Source: a virus
Lineage: Duplodnaviria; Caudoviricetes
IMG/VR virus record: IMGVR_UViG_3300030104_001604
Span: 1-51,655 of that record
Length of the DNA stretch: 51,655 bases
Reading direction: 5' to 3' (one strand)
The notes beneath the pieces are model-generated. The model saw nothing but the letters and a program-made list of their open reading frames with translations, had not been told where the DNA came from and searched no databases. The translations under genes were made by a program, and so were the position numbers. Shown in pieces: positions 1 through 9,312 of the stretch (the stretch's first letter is position 1; every line of letters begins with the position of its first letter).

Positions 1-100
1 TTCAAGCAGCACAAAGTAAAATTAAATTAAGTGCTAAACAACAATTTTTTCCAAATAAAGGAGTAGACGAACTTGAAACTAATGACCAAAAATACCTTGA
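1..100. repeat. Terminal direct repeat, left copy (circular-assembly overlap)
   Basis: Identical to 51556-51655 except base 99 (g vs a); lies inside a coding frame. Confidence 0.95.
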
Positions 101-1682
101 CGCTGTAGAAGATAGGCAAATAGAAAAAATAATTAGAGCAGCTTATCAATCTGAATTATCTCGTGTTGTTGAGTTTCAAGCTGATCAACAAGTTGGCAAC
201 GATGGAGCAATTATGAATTATGGTTTAGAAAAACCACAGATTCAAAAAACAATGGAAGATCTTGTTTTAGCTACAAGTGTACACATCGGTAATGAAAGAC
301 TAGAAATTGCTGAAAAAGATAAACAAGTAATTATTATTAATCCTAGAATTGGTTGGGACACAACAGAAGTATCAGACATAATTACAGGAAATATATTAGA
401 ACCATTACCAAGTTCAAATTTTTTAAATGCTAAAAAAATAACATTTAATGATTTTAGAACAGAAATGGATGAAACAAGAAATGAAGTAGCTGCTCAAACT
501 ACACCTTCTTTAGAAACAGAAGTACAAAATACTATAGAAGATCCCGAACCACTTGAAGGTGAACGTATTCAAATCTCAAATATAACTGCACAAGACTTAC
601 GAGATTTTGCTAATGAAAATAGCAAAACAGATGTTTTAGACGTTATTGCAAAAAGTCCAACAGATGTAGTACAAAAAATAGTTTCTACTCCTAATGCAAG
701 TCTTTATAGTAATAAAGGAGATACTACTGGAGCTTTTACAAGTAAAGGTCGTACTAAAATGGAAATTAGTAATGATGGAGATGTTTGGAATTTTAAATTT
801 CAAGGAGGTGTAGTTTCATTAGCAGCCAATCCAGATTTAGTTCCTAACTTTGAGGATATTCCTGAAGGAAATATTAAAGATGACATACGTGTTGTAGCTT
901 CGGAATATAATAGATTACAAACAAAATATGCAGATGATCCTAGTGTGTTAACTAAATCTATTTCTGGAGTAAGAACACAGGGTATAGGAAGAACATTAGA
1001 TGTTGGTTCAGAAAATCAAGAACTGTTTAATGATCAAAAAACAATGAGAGGTATTATAGCTGCATTTGATTTTCCAGGGCCATTTGATAAAGCAAGACCT
1101 TTAGTTGAAGACTTTTTAGCAAGTGTACCTACAGGTGAAACTGTATCTTCTTTTGAAACAGAAGACAATAGAGATTCTATATTAGCAAAACCTAGTGTAG
1201 ATATGGATTCAATTGCATCTTTAATTAAATCTGAAGAAGGGCTACTTCCTACAGTATCAGCAGATTCTTTTTCTAAAGAAAACGGAAAATTTGTAAGAGA
1301 TGAGGTAACTGAAAACATGCCCCTTTCAGGAGGATATGGGCATTTATTAACAGCAGCAGAACGCAAAAAATATCCACCTGGTTCTGAAATTCCTCAAGAA
1401 CAAATAGATAAATGGTTTGAGGAAGATTTAAGAAAAGCTTATGAAGCTGCTGTAGCTCAAAACAAGCAGTTGTCTACTCCTTTAGACATTGGACGTTTAA
1501 CTGCTGTTAATTTTCAATTAGGTACAGATTGGTATAAAGATCATAAAGAAACTTGGAAGGCTATGGTAGCTGGAGACTATGCTCTTGCAACAGAAGAAAT
1601 TAAAGAAAGATCTAAATGGTATACACAAACACCAGCAAGAGCTGAATCCTTAATTAATTCTTTTCCCACTGTTAAAAGTTAG
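3..1682 (+). CDS. C-terminal part of a 937-aa internal virion protein with a C-terminal T4-lysozyme-like (GH24) domain; starts at 50424 across the junction
   Basis: Frame open from base 3 and in phase with the 50424 ORF; motifs IKSEEG, GGYGHLL, NFQLG, SKWYTQTPARA. Confidence 0.8.
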   Translation, partial: QAAQSKIKLSAKQQFFPNKGVDELETNDQKYLDAVEDRQIEKIIRAAYQSELSRVVEFQADQQVGNDGAIMNYGLEKPQIQKTMEDLVLATSVHIGNERLEIAEKDKQVIIINPRIGWDTTEVSDIITGNILEPLPSSNFLNAKKITFNDFRTEMDETRNEVAAQTTPSLETEVQNTIEDPEPLEGERIQISNITAQDLRDFANENSKTDVLDVIAKSPTDVVQKIVSTPNASLYSNKGDTTGAFTSKGRTKMEISNDGDVWNFKFQGGVVSLAANPDLVPNFEDIPEGNIKDDIRVVASEYNRLQTKYADDPSVLTKSISGVRTQGIGRTLDVGSENQELFNDQKTMRGIIAAFDFPGPFDKARPLVEDFLASVPTGETVSSFETEDNRDSILAKPSVDMDSIASLIKSEEGLLPTVSADSFSKENGKFVRDEVTENMPLSGGYGHLLTAAERKKYPPGSEIPQEQIDKWFEEDLRKAYEAAVAQNKQLSTPLDIGRLTAVNFQLGTDWYKDHKETWKAMVAGDYALATEEIKERSKWYTQTPARAESLINSFPTVKS

Positions 1683-1691
1683 GATTGCATA

Positions 1692-4600
1692 ATGGCTGAA
1701 GAAGAATACATTACAATAAAAAGAAGAACTCAACCTAAAGCACCAGAAGCAAGCACATTAGAAAAGCTTCAATATGGTTTTGATACGTCTTCTTGGATGT
1801 TAGGTGACATTGGAAGAGTTGCAGAATCTTATTTAACTGGTCAATCTACAAAAGAATTAGATGATCAACGTGTTGCTAAACTTAATAAAAAATATAAAAA
1901 TTTATCTGCTAAAGATAAAACATCTACGGCTGCATCAGTGGGTGAAATTCTAGGTGAAGTACTAGATCCTGTATTTTATGTACCTTATTTTGGACAGGTA
2001 GGGGCACTTCGTAAAGGTGCAACATTAGGGCAAAAAGCTTTAGCTAAAACTAAATCAGGAACAGCTCTTGGTAGTTTGGTAGCTGCTGATTCAGCAGTAG
2101 ATTCTATTGCAAGAGGAGAAGAAATTAATGCAGGAGGAGTAGGCGTAGCCTTTGCAACTGGTTTTGTTCCTGGAGCTATTTTTAGTCCTAGTGCTAAAGT
2201 TACTAATATTAGACCTTCATCAATTAATATATCTGAACAACAAAAACCTCTAACTAAATGGTTAAATCCTGCATTATCTGAAGCAGATGAAAAAACTGTT
2301 CAAACAGTTTTACAACAAACAGAAAAAGAAAATGTTAAGTTTGTTGCTGCTTTAAGAGATGTGCCTGATATTGGTAGGCAAGCAGGAGAAGCTACAAAAA
2401 CTATAGATGTTTTAGTTAAAGCAAAAAGAAAAGCTAAAAAAATAGCTAAACGAAAAGGAGAAAAATTAAAAATAAATGATCCTGCTTTATTAAAATATGT
2501 GCCTTCAGAATTAGTAGAAGCAGAAGTTAAAGCACAACAATTTTTAAAGACTTTACCTTCTTTATATAAAAAGTATAGTGAAGATTTAGCAGATGGTTCT
2601 TTTAATACTTTAGAAAATTTATCTAAAAACAATACATTTAACTCTAATGTTTTTGCTAGAGCAATTACGAGGCCGTTAATGGGAGGAGTTGCTGGTTATG
2701 GACTAGGTGTAACAAATAACTTTTTTTCTGAAGAAGATCATTTAAGTCCTTGGGGATGGGCATTAGCAGGATTAACAATGGGACAGCTCTCTAAAAAAAT
2801 TATTAAATCTAATTTATCTTTAAATGTTAAAGAAGAAGGTTTAAAAGGAGTAGAAGATTTAGCTCGTAGAAGTTTATGGGCACAAACTAATATGTTTTTT
2901 GCTGGCTCACATGCTGCAAAATTAAATGTGTATGGTGATGATGTTGCAGCTTTTGGTAAGAATATGTTTAGACAGATGGGGTATGGTGTAGAAGGAGCAA
3001 CTACACAATCCTTAGAAGAAACAATATCACGAGTAACACAACAACTAAACAAACAATTAAACGATGCTTCTATACAATTTAATTTGTCTGGTGTAAAAAA
3101 TAGAGAAGCTAGAGAAGCAGCATTTGATTTAGCTAATGGGTTTACTAATGAAGCAAAACTAGCTAGTCGTTTTTCAGCAGAAGAAATAACTAATATAAAA
3201 GGCTATAGTGATTTTTCTAGAACTTTTACTGATGCGTTTGCTGCTGAAGTAAAAAATGTAGGTATAGATTTTAAAGAATTAAAAGATTATGGATTACCTC
3301 AATTACATAATGTAGAAAAAATTATTAGTAATAAAAACGAAGCACTAATAGCTTATACAAAAGCATTTGAAGCTCAATCTCCTGAAAGTGTAGATCATGC
3401 TAAAATGGCAGAAAAATTTATTAATAATTTAATTACAATGGGAGGATCTCGTAAAATTATTAGAAGTGCTTTTAAAAAACAAGGCGATTATGACGATCCT
3501 AATAAAGTCTTGCGACCTATGACAGATCACTTTGAAAAGAAAAGAAAAATTGTTTCGTTTGAAGCTAGAAATGAAATAAAAGATTTTTTAATTCGTGACA
3601 CAGACCAAGTTTTAAAAACTTTTTTAGATAAAAGTGTTGATAAAGTTGAATTTGCTAGACGTTACGGCCCAAATGGAGAAGGCATACAGCAATTAAGAAA
3701 TAAAATTGTTGATGATACTAGTCAAGCAAAACAAATTGCTGCTACAGAAAAACAAAGAACAATATTAAACAATCGTCAAAACGCACAAATAAAAGCTATA
3801 AATGAATCTGTTGATTTATTGTTTGGTCTTCACAATGCTGATACTGCTTTAGCTAAAAGTACAGTAGCTAATAATACTTTTAGTGTGTTAACTACAATGG
3901 CTAATTTAACTTACTTACCTAAAGCAACTGTAGCAGCCATAGGCGATGTTATTCAACCTTTTCAAAATAGTGGTGTATACAACACCATGAAAGGTTATGG
4001 AAAAGCAATGGATAGCGAAAGAGATTTTTCAAAACTGTCAGGCTTTGCAGCTAAAGATGTTCTTGGACAAGAGTTGCGACAGTTTTATACAGGTTCTACA
4101 CCTTCGGGTGTGCCTGGCAGTTTGCTTCAATTAACAACACGTAAAGTAAATGAAAAATTTTTTAGAACAATAGGTTTGGCTTCTTTAACACAACATGCAG
4201 GAAGGTTTGCTTATAACGCAGGAATAGAAGATGGTTTTAAAGTTGCAAAACAAATGGCTAAAGGCCAGCAAAGCACTAGTTTAAAAGCACAAGCAAGACA
4301 GCTTGGCATTACAGATGAAATGGCTGACACATTAAATAAATTTAAAACAGTAGATGAAGCTTTTGCTGATGATTTAGGTCAAGAATTTTTAGATCGAATA
4401 GGTAATAAAGCATCTAGCCGTGATCGTATTATTCCAGAAATAGGAAACAGACGAGCTTTTACACAATCTAAAGATCCATTTATTAGATCACTAGGACAGT
4501 TCTTGTCTTGGGCACAAGCAAAAACTACACAAACTAATGCTTTAGTATCTCGTATAGAAGATGGGGATGTAGCATTAGCTACTCGTATGTTAGGAACATT

Positions 4601-6116
4601 AATTCTTTATGATGGCGTTTTAACTTTCAGAGATTTTCTTAATGATCCATTAGGTGAGCGTTTAGAAGAACAAGGTTACTCAGATTTTGCTGATAAGATT
4701 ACTAGTTTTGATCAAATTATAGGTAGAGGTTCTATTTTTTCAGGAAACTTTGCACCTTGGCAAGTTGATAAAGTTGCTAGAGTTTTATCTGGTGCAAGAT
4801 ATGGAGATTCTTTAGAGTCTATTAGTCCTACTGCTGCATGGGCTGCTTCTTTAGTAGAAGGAATTCCAGCAGTAACTAAAAATATTGAAGCTAGAGATTA
4901 TGAAGGTGCAACATATCAAGCTGTAAGACGATTACCTTTAGGTCGAGAAGCATTAGCTATACAAGGTATTACAACTAATAGACCTTTGAAAGATCAACCT
5001 AATCGTAAACCTATGGGTGCTCAACCAGGAAGTTTATTTTTAAATAAAGGTGGGATAATAAGTAATGCAATTCGTAAGAAGAAAGATAAAGGTGGTATTG
5101 CTTTAGTTCCTAATGCACCTGTCGAACCTGATCAAAGAATAGATAAGATGACAGGCGTACCTTATGATGAACAAGCAGGTGAAGCCTATACAGATGTTGA
5201 AGATCGTCAAGGACTAATAGCAGCAGCACTTGGTAAAAAATTACAACGACACACTTTTGTAGCTGGAGGTCTAAGTAAATTATTAAAAGTGTTAGCTAAA
5301 AAAGTAGCTGATGTTCCAGAAGAAAGTGTGCCTATTAGACCTGTACCTCCAAAACAATTAGACGTAGAAAATACACCTAAGTTTGATCCTAACATTACTG
5401 CTAGGTTAGAAGCACAAGGAGTTGATATTGCTAAGAGTTTGGAAGAAGGTGGACAGTATGTAGATCCTAGAACTGCTGAAGTTTTAACTAATAGGGTGAT
5501 TACGGATTCAGTAATTGATGGTGTAACTTCAAATAATAATAAACCAATAATGAAAGGACGTTTAAGAAGTTTTTCTACCGATGCAAAATTTACTAAACAA
5601 ATTGAAGAGGCAGCACAACAGAAAAAAAATAATAAAGATATTACAACTTTAAAAACTAATTTATTAAATCCTGAAAAGTATAAAGTACTTAGTAGTAAAG
5701 TTGAAGGTTTAAAAAATCATTTACAAGGTAAGCGTTCTATTGTAACTGTTGAAGGAAAAAGTGGTAAGCAATATAAAAAAGATAGAGGAGTTGTAACTAA
5801 TCATGCTTATGGTTTAACTGTAAAAGCAAAGGGAGATGGTTTTTTACAAAGAGTATTAGCAAAAGATAAAAAAAGTCGTTACAAAACTGCTGAAGGAGAA
5901 GGATATGCTCAACCTTCTTTAAGACCACACTATATTGGAGATTATAAAACAGGCAAACAAATAGGAACTATTACAACAGGGGGTGGTAAAACTTTAAAAA
6001 AACATCCTTTATATGACACCATTTACATAGACGCAGAAGATTTAAGAGAATATGTAGGTAAAGCAGAAGGTGGTTTAACTGATGCAGGTCAAGTAGTAAA
6101 TATAGAATTAAGTTAA
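1692..6116 (+). CDS. Large internal virion/ejection protein (1474 aa) with hydrophobic Gly-rich segments and a GG-motif-delimited C-terminal region
   Basis: Size and position after the other internal virion genes; G-rich TM-like stretches near aa 110-165 and 330-365. Confidence 0.6.
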   Translation: MAEEEYITIKRRTQPKAPEASTLEKLQYGFDTSSWMLGDIGRVAESYLTGQSTKELDDQRVAKLNKKYKNLSAKDKTSTAASVGEILGEVLDPVFYVPYFGQVGALRKGATLGQKALAKTKSGTALGSLVAADSAVDSIARGEEINAGGVGVAFATGFVPGAIFSPSAKVTNIRPSSINISEQQKPLTKWLNPALSEADEKTVQTVLQQTEKENVKFVAALRDVPDIGRQAGEATKTIDVLVKAKRKAKKIAKRKGEKLKINDPALLKYVPSELVEAEVKAQQFLKTLPSLYKKYSEDLADGSFNTLENLSKNNTFNSNVFARAITRPLMGGVAGYGLGVTNNFFSEEDHLSPWGWALAGLTMGQLSKKIIKSNLSLNVKEEGLKGVEDLARRSLWAQTNMFFAGSHAAKLNVYGDDVAAFGKNMFRQMGYGVEGATTQSLEETISRVTQQLNKQLNDASIQFNLSGVKNREAREAAFDLANGFTNEAKLASRFSAEEITNIKGYSDFSRTFTDAFAAEVKNVGIDFKELKDYGLPQLHNVEKIISNKNEALIAYTKAFEAQSPESVDHAKMAEKFINNLITMGGSRKIIRSAFKKQGDYDDPNKVLRPMTDHFEKKRKIVSFEARNEIKDFLIRDTDQVLKTFLDKSVDKVEFARRYGPNGEGIQQLRNKIVDDTSQAKQIAATEKQRTILNNRQNAQIKAINESVDLLFGLHNADTALAKSTVANNTFSVLTTMANLTYLPKATVAAIGDVIQPFQNSGVYNTMKGYGKAMDSERDFSKLSGFAAKDVLGQELRQFYTGSTPSGVPGSLLQLTTRKVNEKFFRTIGLASLTQHAGRFAYNAGIEDGFKVAKQMAKGQQSTSLKAQARQLGITDEMADTLNKFKTVDEAFADDLGQEFLDRIGNKASSRDRIIPEIGNRRAFTQSKDPFIRSLGQFLSWAQAKTTQTNALVSRIEDGDVALATRMLGTLILYDGVLTFRDFLNDPLGERLEEQGYSDFADKITSFDQIIGRGSIFSGNFAPWQVDKVARVLSGARYGDSLESISPTAAWAASLVEGIPAVTKNIEARDYEGATYQAVRRLPLGREALAIQGITTNRPLKDQPNRKPMGAQPGSLFLNKGGIISNAIRKKKDKGGIALVPNAPVEPDQRIDKMTGVPYDEQAGEAYTDVEDRQGLIAAALGKKLQRHTFVAGGLSKLLKVLAKKVADVPEESVPIRPVPPKQLDVENTPKFDPNITARLEAQGVDIAKSLEEGGQYVDPRTAEVLTNRVITDSVIDGVTSNNNKPIMKGRLRSFSTDAKFTKQIEEAAQQKKNNKDITTLKTNLLNPEKYKVLSSKVEGLKNHLQGKRSIVTVEGKSGKQYKKDRGVVTNHAYGLTVKAKGDGFLQRVLAKDKKSRYKTAEGEGYAQPSLRPHYIGDYKTGKQIGTITTGGGKTLKKHPLYDTIYIDAEDLREYVGKAEGGLTDAGQVVNIELS

Positions 6117-6128
6117 GGACTAAGAAGA

Positions 6129-6503
6129 ATGTATAAGTATTTTACAAAAGATGAACTTGCATGTTCACATTGCGGTAATCTTGTTATTGATGATGAATTT
6201 ATAAAGAAGATAGAAGCTTTACGAGAAGCAGTAGGGTTTCCATTCGTAGTCTCAAGTGCATACAGGTGTGAACAACACCCCATAGAAAAGCGTAAATCAA
6301 CTCCTGGGGCACACATAACTGGAAAGGCTATGGATATACATGTCACTGGAGAAAACGCTCTGAGGCTCTTAGAAGAGGCTCTGAAGGCTGGCTTTACAGG
6401 GATAGGTATCAATCAAAAAGGACAAGTGAACTCTAGGTTTATACATCTAGATATTATAGACAATTCATCAACAAGACCAAGGCCCTGGATATGGAGTTAT
6501 TAA
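6129..6503 (+). CDS. Endolysin, peptidase M15A family
   Basis: YF..DEL.CSHCG, SAYRC, H..GKAMDI and FIHLD Zn-peptidase motifs. Confidence 0.85.
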   Translation: MYKYFTKDELACSHCGNLVIDDEFIKKIEALREAVGFPFVVSSAYRCEQHPIEKRKSTPGAHITGKAMDIHVTGENALRLLEEALKAGFTGIGINQKGQVNSRFIHLDIIDNSSTRPRPWIWSY

Positions 6504-6619
6504 AGAAGAAGTTAGGAAGAGGTGGACAGTACCCAATAATCTGGACAATTTATCATACAATACTTGCAGTTGAGTTAGCTATTGTTATTTTGTTGTTAGG
6601 TTTATTGGTAGTTAAATGA
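6491..6619 (+). CDS. Small membrane protein (42 aa), not in ORF track
   Basis: MELLKKKLGRGGQYPIIW...LLLGLLVVK; ATGA overlap with next gene. Confidence 0.55.
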   Translation: MELLKKKLGRGGQYPIIWTIYHTILAVELAIVILLLGLLVVK

Positions 6620-6801
6620 GACTTATGGCTTTCCTTCTAATAGTAATTGTAGAAGGAGAAGAAATTAATACTAGAGGTATGCACTTTAGAGATGTCAATA
6701 GATGTCGTTACTTTGCAGACCGATTAGAAGATAGAGAATCTAAAGTAACTGGATACTGTAAGCCTGTACTAGTTGCACAGACTACTACCTTTAGGGATTA
6801 A
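6616..6801 (+). CDS. Hypothetical protein (61 aa, Cys pair)
   Basis: ORF translationally coupled to neighbours. Confidence 0.6.
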   Translation: MRLMAFLLIVIVEGEEINTRGMHFRDVNRCRYFADRLEDRESKVTGYCKPVLVAQTTTFRD

Positions 6802-6802
6802 T

Positions 6803-7192
6803 ATGGCTTATAGCGATAAAGTAATGGATCATTACAACAATCCTAGAAACGTAGGACGTTTAGATAAGACTGACAAACAAGTTGGTACAGGAATGGTAGG
6901 TGCACCTGCCTGTGGAGATGTTATGCAACTTCAGATTAAAGTAGATGCAGAAGGTGTTATAGAGGATGCAAAGTTTAAGACCTATGGTTGTGGTTCTGCT
7001 ATAGCGTCTAGTTCTTTACTGACTGAATGGGTTAAAGGAAAAAAGTTAATAGAAGCAGAAGGTATTAAAAATGTAGATATAGCAGAAGAACTATCTTTAC
7101 CGCCTGTAAAGATTCATTGTTCTGTTTTAGCAGAGGATGCTATAAAAGCTGCTATAAAAGACTATAAGGAAAAAGGTTATGAATATATTTAG
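6803..7192 (+). CDS. iscU: Fe-S cluster scaffold IscU (auxiliary metabolic gene)
   Basis: MAYSDKVMDHYNNPRNVG, APACGD, GCGSAIAS, LPPVK (HscA-binding) and IHCS all intact; start placed at ATG 6803. Confidence 0.95.
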   Translation: MAYSDKVMDHYNNPRNVGRLDKTDKQVGTGMVGAPACGDVMQLQIKVDAEGVIEDAKFKTYGCGSAIASSSLLTEWVKGKKLIEAEGIKNVDIAEELSLPPVKIHCSVLAEDAIKAAIKDYKEKGYEYI

Positions 7193-7556
7193 TGCAATTG
7201 TAGGGCCAGTAGCTAATCTTGCTGGCACATGGATGAACAATAAACATGAACAGACACAAGCTAAACACAAAGCTAAGATGGCTGTAATAGAACATGATGC
7301 TGATTGGGAATCCAAGATGGCAGATGCTTCTGGATCGAGCTGGAAAGACGAATTTTGGACTCTTGTATTAGCCCTGCCCATCTTTATGGTAGGCTATGCA
7401 GTTGCCTTTAATGATCCTTCTGTATTAGACAGAGTTCATGCATCGTTTGATGCTTTGTCTAACCTCCCTGAGTGGTATTCCTACCTCCTTTTTATTGCGG
7501 TCAGTGCGTCATTTGGTATTAGAGGTGCTGACAAACTTATGAAGATGCGAAAATGA
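7179..7556 (+). CDS. Putative holin (3TM GTA-holin-like)
   Basis: Amphipathic N-terminus, SWKDEFW, two TM helices, SFGIRG and basic C-terminus. Confidence 0.65.
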   Translation: MNIFSAIVGPVANLAGTWMNNKHEQTQAKHKAKMAVIEHDADWESKMADASGSSWKDEFWTLVLALPIFMVGYAVAFNDPSVLDRVHASFDALSNLPEWYSYLLFIAVSASFGIRGADKLMKMRK

Positions 7557-7753
7557 GTCCAGAAGAGTTTGACAAGTGGCGTATAGTTCCACGACTATTA
7601 GTATTGATGATGGCTCTTGCTTGTTGGGATGTGATTCATTGGTTCACCACTTTGGAACAGCCAACGATTGAACAGGCCGGGCTGGTTTCGGTGTGCACCG
7701 GAGCTATGACTGCCGTTTTCGGTTTATTTTTAGGTAAGGGGAAACAGGAATGA
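7553..7753 (+). CDS. Two-TM membrane protein, holin-like
   Basis: DKWRIVPR followed by two hydrophobic helices; ATGA overlaps. Confidence 0.55.
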   Translation: MSPEEFDKWRIVPRLLVLMMALACWDVIHWFTTLEQPTIEQAGLVSVCTGAMTAVFGLFLGKGKQE

Positions 7754-7938
7754 CAGCAAAGAAAAAGAAAAAATCTAGGGTTAATGAAGCTGGTAATTAT
7801 ACTAAACCTACAATGCGTAAAAGGCTGTTCAATAAAATAAAGGCTGGCTCTAAAGGTGGTAAGCCAGGTCAGTGGTCAGCACGTAAAGCACAGATGTTAG
7901 CACAGCAATATAAAAAAGCTGGAGGAGGCTACAAATGA
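7750..7938 (+). CDS. Basic protein, N-terminal half of a DUF5872-like protein
   Basis: NYTKP..R...KAGSKGGKPGQWSARKAQMLA..YK.AGGGY. Confidence 0.6.
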   Translation: MTAKKKKKSRVNEAGNYTKPTMRKRLFNKIKAGSKGGKPGQWSARKAQMLAQQYKKAGGGYK

Positions 7939-8084
7939 AAGTAAAAGCACCTAAAGGTTATCATTGGATGAAACAAAAAGATGGATCATACAAAGTTATG
8001 AAACATACAGGTAAGTTTGTAGCACATAAAGGTGCAAGCCTTTCAGCAAACTTTGCAGTTCAAAAGGTTCATAAGAAGAAATGA
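7935..8084 (+). CDS. Small basic protein (49 aa), not in ORF track
   Basis: MKVKAPKGYHWMK...VHKKK; ATGA overlaps at both ends. Confidence 0.75.
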   Translation: MKVKAPKGYHWMKQKDGSYKVMKHTGKFVAHKGASLSANFAVQKVHKKK

Positions 8085-8329
8085 CTCTTAAAAAATCACA
8101 GAAGTCTTTAAAGGCTTGGACAAAACAAAAGTGGCGTACTAAGTCTGGTAAGAAATCTTCCAAGACAGGAGAAAGATACTTGCCAGAGAAAGCTATAAAG
8201 TCTTTATCTTCTAAAGAATACGCAGCAACTACACGTAAGAAAAGAGAAGATACAAAGAAAGGCAAACAACATTCTAAACAACCTAAACAGATTGCTAAAA
8301 AAACTAGGCGATATAGGAAAACAAAATGA
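8081..8329 (+). CDS. Basic protein, C-terminal half of a DUF5872-like protein
   Basis: SQKSLK.WTKQKW, RYLPEKA..SLS..E..ATT.KKR...KKGKQ. Confidence 0.6.
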   Translation: MTLKKSQKSLKAWTKQKWRTKSGKKSSKTGERYLPEKAIKSLSSKEYAATTRKKREDTKKGKQHSKQPKQIAKKTRRYRKTK

Positions 8330-8640
8330 TGCGTGATGATTACAAAAAAGGTGGTAAAACAAAAGACTCTCGTTTAAAACGAGCAGGAGTGTCTGGCTAT
8401 AACAAACCAAAGCGTACACCTAACCATCCTAAAAAGTCTCATGTGGTTGTAGCTAAAGAAGGTAGTAAAGTTAAAACAATTCGATTTGGTGAGCAAGGAG
8501 CTAAGACAGCAGGTAAACCTAAGTCTGGTGAATCAGCACGAATGAAAGCCAAACGTAAAAGTTTTAAAGCTAGGCATGGTAGGAACATTAGTAAAGGTAA
8601 AATGTCAGCAGCTTATTGGGCTAATAAAGTTAAATGGTAG
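8326..8640 (+). CDS. Basic hypothetical phage protein with an N-terminal RDDYKKGG motif
   Basis: K/R-rich; IRFGEQG, SFKARH, SAAYWA..VKW. Confidence 0.65.
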   Translation: MMRDDYKKGGKTKDSRLKRAGVSGYNKPKRTPNHPKKSHVVVAKEGSKVKTIRFGEQGAKTAGKPKSGESARMKAKRKSFKARHGRNISKGKMSAAYWANKVKW

Positions 8641-8999
8641 AACCATACACATATAATTGTACGTTAGTTCGTGTAGTGGACGGAGATACAATCGTATGTA
8701 ATATTGATTTAGGGTTTGATGTTGTACTCTCTGAACAGTTTATTAGACTAGCTGGCATTGATGCACCTGAGAGCCGTTGCCGTAGACCTATAGAAAAGAA
8801 GTTAGGACTACTAGCAAAAGAAAGATTAGAAGAGATTTTAAAAGGCACGTTTAAACTTAAAAGTTTAGGCAAAGGAAAATTTGGAAGAATATTAGGGATA
8901 CCATACGTTGATAATGTAGACGTATGTTCAACTCTAATAAATGAAGGACACGCAGTAGAATATGAAGGCGGTAAAAAAACAAAAGTCTGGGGAGAGTGA
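8634..8999 (+). CDS. Thermonuclease (SNase) family protein
   Basis: RVVDGDTI, IRLAGIDAPES, GKFGRILG, LINEGHA. Confidence 0.9.
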   Translation: MVEPYTYNCTLVRVVDGDTIVCNIDLGFDVVLSEQFIRLAGIDAPESRCRRPIEKKLGLLAKERLEEILKGTFKLKSLGKGKFGRILGIPYVDNVDVCSTLINEGHAVEYEGGKKTKVWGE

Positions 9000-9300
9000 C
9001 ACTAAGTATACTGCTGAAGAGATTGCAAACTCTAAAAGAATTTACAAGTCTGCAACTCCTAAGTATACAATTGATTGGTACATAAAATGGGTATCTTCTA
9101 TATTATTATTAGTTGCCATGTGTATTCGATCTGCTCAGTTTAATGCAGCACTAGACCTTGGACTTTCTTTTATAGGAATGCTTGGTTGGTTATGGGTAGG
9201 TATTCTTTGGAAAGACAGAGCTATTATAATTGTTAATGGTGCTGCTTCTGTAATTCTACTAACAGGTATTTTGAGATACCTAAAACATTTTACATACTAG
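8962..9300 (+). CDS. Three-TM membrane protein (DUF6552-like, tentative)
   Basis: DWYIKW...GW.WVG..W.DRA.I..N hydrophobic pattern. Confidence 0.55.
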   Translation: MKAVKKQKSGESDTKYTAEEIANSKRIYKSATPKYTIDWYIKWVSSILLLVAMCIRSAQFNAALDLGLSFIGMLGWLWVGILWKDRAIIIVNGAASVILLTGILRYLKHFTY

Positions 9301-9312
9301 AGGACAAGACAA

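Noticed and set aside
1-100. 100-bp end repeat as a biological terminal repeat
   Set aside because: It falls in mid-gene and has k-mer-like length; best explained as assembly overlap
1034-5395. Antisense track ORFs here and similar ones elsewhere (e.g. 6113, 14346, 16817, 23807, 46573, 48430)
   Set aside because: Shadows of real genes on the opposite strand; no SD or recognisable motifs
6773-6802. Longer track starts for IscU (also 10958, 11870, 24708, 27781, 36853)
   Set aside because: Downstream starts fit family N-termini or SD positions better
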